Below are positions 61,676-64,000 of a DNA stretch of 64,000 bases, piece after piece. Source of the DNA: Zygnema circumcarinatum SAG 698-1b. Its lineage: Eukaryota; Plantae; Zygnematophyceae. The translations under genes were made by a program, and so were the position numbers. The DNA lies in contig CM074805.1 of the NCBI GenBank assembly GCA_037447605.1, positions 496,001-560,000 on the forward strand, read 5' to 3'. The first letter of the stretch is position 1. Each line of letters begins with the position of its first letter. The notes under the pieces were generated by a model. That model saw nothing but the letters and a program-made list of their open reading frames with translations, was not told where the DNA came from and did no database searches.

Positions 61676-63751
61676 CTATCCTCGAAACGCGTAGTTGCGG
61701 CGAAGCAGCGTGGCGCGATAGACGGTGCATATGTAGTACACCACGAAGAGGACGACAAGCAGGTCGTCCAAGAGGCCCATGAAGCCCAGGAGAGCTGTCA
61801 CCCGACAGGGCAGGCCATGCAGGCAATGTCAGTTCTTGCATTCTCCTGGAAGGAGAACGCACTCCTCGTCAAGTCAAAAGTGCGTCAAATTCGGAAGAAA
61901 AAAGGTTGCTGTAGACAGACTGGCGGACGAACGAACAGACGGACGGACGGACATGCAAAGGGACAGAAGCGGACAGAGACAGGTGGACAGATATACAAAC
62001 GGGCAGGCAGCAAGCAGGCAGGCAGACAGACATACAGACAAACAGGCAGGCAAACAGCCAACAGAGAGACATCGACAGACGCAGACTGATGGACGGTCGA
62101 TTGAACAACCGACCGACAGACCAAAGACGGAAGGACGGACAGACAGACAGACAAATAGACAGGCAGTCGAGCAACTTAAGAGCCGGAGGCGAAATTCAGC
62201 AAACAACGTAAAAGGGGAGGAAGAAAGAAGACGTTGAAAGCGGCAAACTGCATCCTTCAAATGACTCCGGACTTGTAAGTAGAAAAGTGATATACATAAT
62301 GAGCCTTAAAGCACTGAAAACTCTTCTGAACGGATACAGTCTTCTGCTACAGCTTAAAAGGAAGAAGGAGAAGTGAAGCTCACATTCTGGAATGATGTCG
62401 GTGGGCGACAACACATAGAGCACCACCATCACAACCTGCAGCCACTCTCCATTTCGTGAAGCCCGTCAATGCAGATTATTTCATTTTGACCAAATGAAAC
62501 AGGCTGTCTAAAGCTGTCCAAGCAGGCAGCCAGTTGTCAGTTGTTTGTGGCCGGCAAACGAGGAGTTCTCAAAATCCCTTAACCTCAATGTTACAGTCAT
62601 CATCAGAATTGAAACCTAATTTCCTACCAATGTATGCATGAATCAAAGAGGTAACTGACACGCAGGTTTTCATATTATTGTTAACATCGGTTCACAACTG
62701 TTAGGGACTTTAACAAGGCAGATGTGACATGGCATGCTTACACAGAACAGGATGCGGGCATTGTGCAGCAGACGAATGGCTCGATTGAGATCTGTGAATT
62801 CCCAAGCAAGCCGACGAAGAAGGACCGGCATATCTCGTAATCGCTGCACTTTCCCATCCGATTCCGAGTTACAATGGCGGTTTACTGAGGTATCCCATTT
62901 CGATATTCACATAAAAACCTTCAGAGATAAACATCTGTGCAAGAGGTTCGTCTCAACTAGGCTGAACATCCCCCTGAATCCACTTGTCTCACAATAATAC
63001 AAGATAAACGACTTTGGCCATCTTCACAGTGTGATACTCCGAGGAATAGTAATCCAATGATTCAGCAGGAGCAACAACAAATGGCCCTTCCTGGACAAGT
63101 TAAAAACGCAGACTCACCTGCATAATGCTAACAGGACCTCCACCAAAAAGCCGGTTATACTTAGCCACATCTTGGAGCATCCGCTGTGCCGCTGCACTCC
63201 GTTGCTCTACTGCCAGTGCCTGGCTGGGTATGAGCAATGTGATGGATCGTCGACAAATAGGGCATCGGCAGGGTGCCAGCACAGTACTGTGCTCCCACAC
63301 ACGCAATATACATTCACCTGGAACCCAGCCAAACTCCTCTCACATTGAAATGTACAAAATAAAATAGAAAAAAAGGATCTATGATTACCGAGTTAACATT
63401 TGAATCACTTGCACAGGTTCCTGGTATAGCTTCACTTTGTACTGAAAGGAGAAAACATCGCTGATCTACAGGCAGCGAGTACCCGCACAAGGCAGCTGAG
63501 TACAAAATTCACTCAAACTCATGAAAAAGCGCCACAGAGTACGGCAACAACTTGCGAACAGTATGATAACATAGGCGTTGCAAAGGGATCCGTTATTCAC
63601 ACGCTCAACAATTCACACAAAACGCATGGCATAGTGTGCTTGACTTTCATCTGCACTTACCACAAAACCAATGACTGCAATTGGCCTGACACGGCAAAGT
63701 AAATCCATCATGGCAGACTGAACAGAGGTCATTATCGGGCGGGCAATCCAT
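61676..63751 (-). CDS. RNF170-like C3HC4 RING E3 ligase with C-terminal DUF1232-type membrane segment
   Basis: Exons 63751-63661, 63317-63118, 62843-62742, 62435-62384, 61794-61676. Translation includes CSVCHDGFTLPCQANCSHWFCGECILRVW...CRCPICRR, YNRLFGG, LYVLSPTDIIPE and LGFMGLLDDLLV. Confidence 0.93.
61905..62170. repeat. Degenerate tetranucleotide repeat (GACA/GGCA/GACG) in the last intron of the RING gene
   Basis: Runs of gacagaca, ggcaggca and gacggacg; these explain several spurious overlapping ORFs. Confidence 0.85.
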
Positions 63752-64000
63752 CTCCGAGACTCGCGGTGATCTCGCATGCGAGTCCGCGTCTCCGTGTACC
63801 CTCTGTGCTGTATCCTCACTTGCCCTTGCACCTCCTGCTCGACCACGCCCTCGAGTCCAAAGACTCACTATCACGCGCCGCAATGCCGCTACACTGCCCT
63901 GAAACCATTGAAAAGGATTCCTGAAATCCAGCCATCACCAATCTCGCTTGAGCCATTGGACCCACGAATAGTGCAGAAGCAAACCTCACTAGAAGGTGAA

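Noticed and set aside
61485-62260. Multiple 100-170 aa ORFs
   Set aside because: They are explained by the intronic tetranucleotide repeat and the real last exon of the RING gene.
1-64000. tRNA, rRNA or snRNA genes
   Set aside because: GTTCGA-like words were inspected and none lies in a cloverleaf context; no rRNA-like sequence was recognised.

Overview
Eukaryotic, intron-rich, gene-dense plant-type nuclear DNA. The proteins are clearly streptophyte-like but divergent from flowering-plant versions, so a non-seed plant or streptophyte alga is inferred but not established. Exons were rebuilt by hand from splice sites and reading-phase continuity, giving 14 protein-coding genes in order: partial BSL Kelch-family phosphatase (+, cut by an N gap), DUR3 urea transporter (-), HIPL1-like protein (+), TTM1/2-type uridine kinase-CYTH protein (-), a small-exon DDA1+SAP protein absent from the ORF track (+), A20/AN1 zinc finger (+), class 3 lipase (-), MCCB (-), QCR9 (+), YbhB/YbcL-type PEBP (+), UAP56 (-), PP4 catalytic subunit (+), an unidentified coiled-coil protein (+) and an RNF170-like RING ligase (-). 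Accessory DNA includes a TA-flanked Tc1/mariner-type MITE, a decayed Ty3/gypsy element and a palindromic repeat family with 42-43 bp phasing. No tRNA, rRNA or CRISPR array could be supported. The most notable items are the receptor-like C-terminus of the HIPL1 protein, the phased ACTGGTT-N3-AACCAGT array, the hidden DDA1-SAP gene, the orphan coiled-coil gene and symmetric G-box elements in divergent promoters. No database searches were run; family calls rest on recalled motifs.
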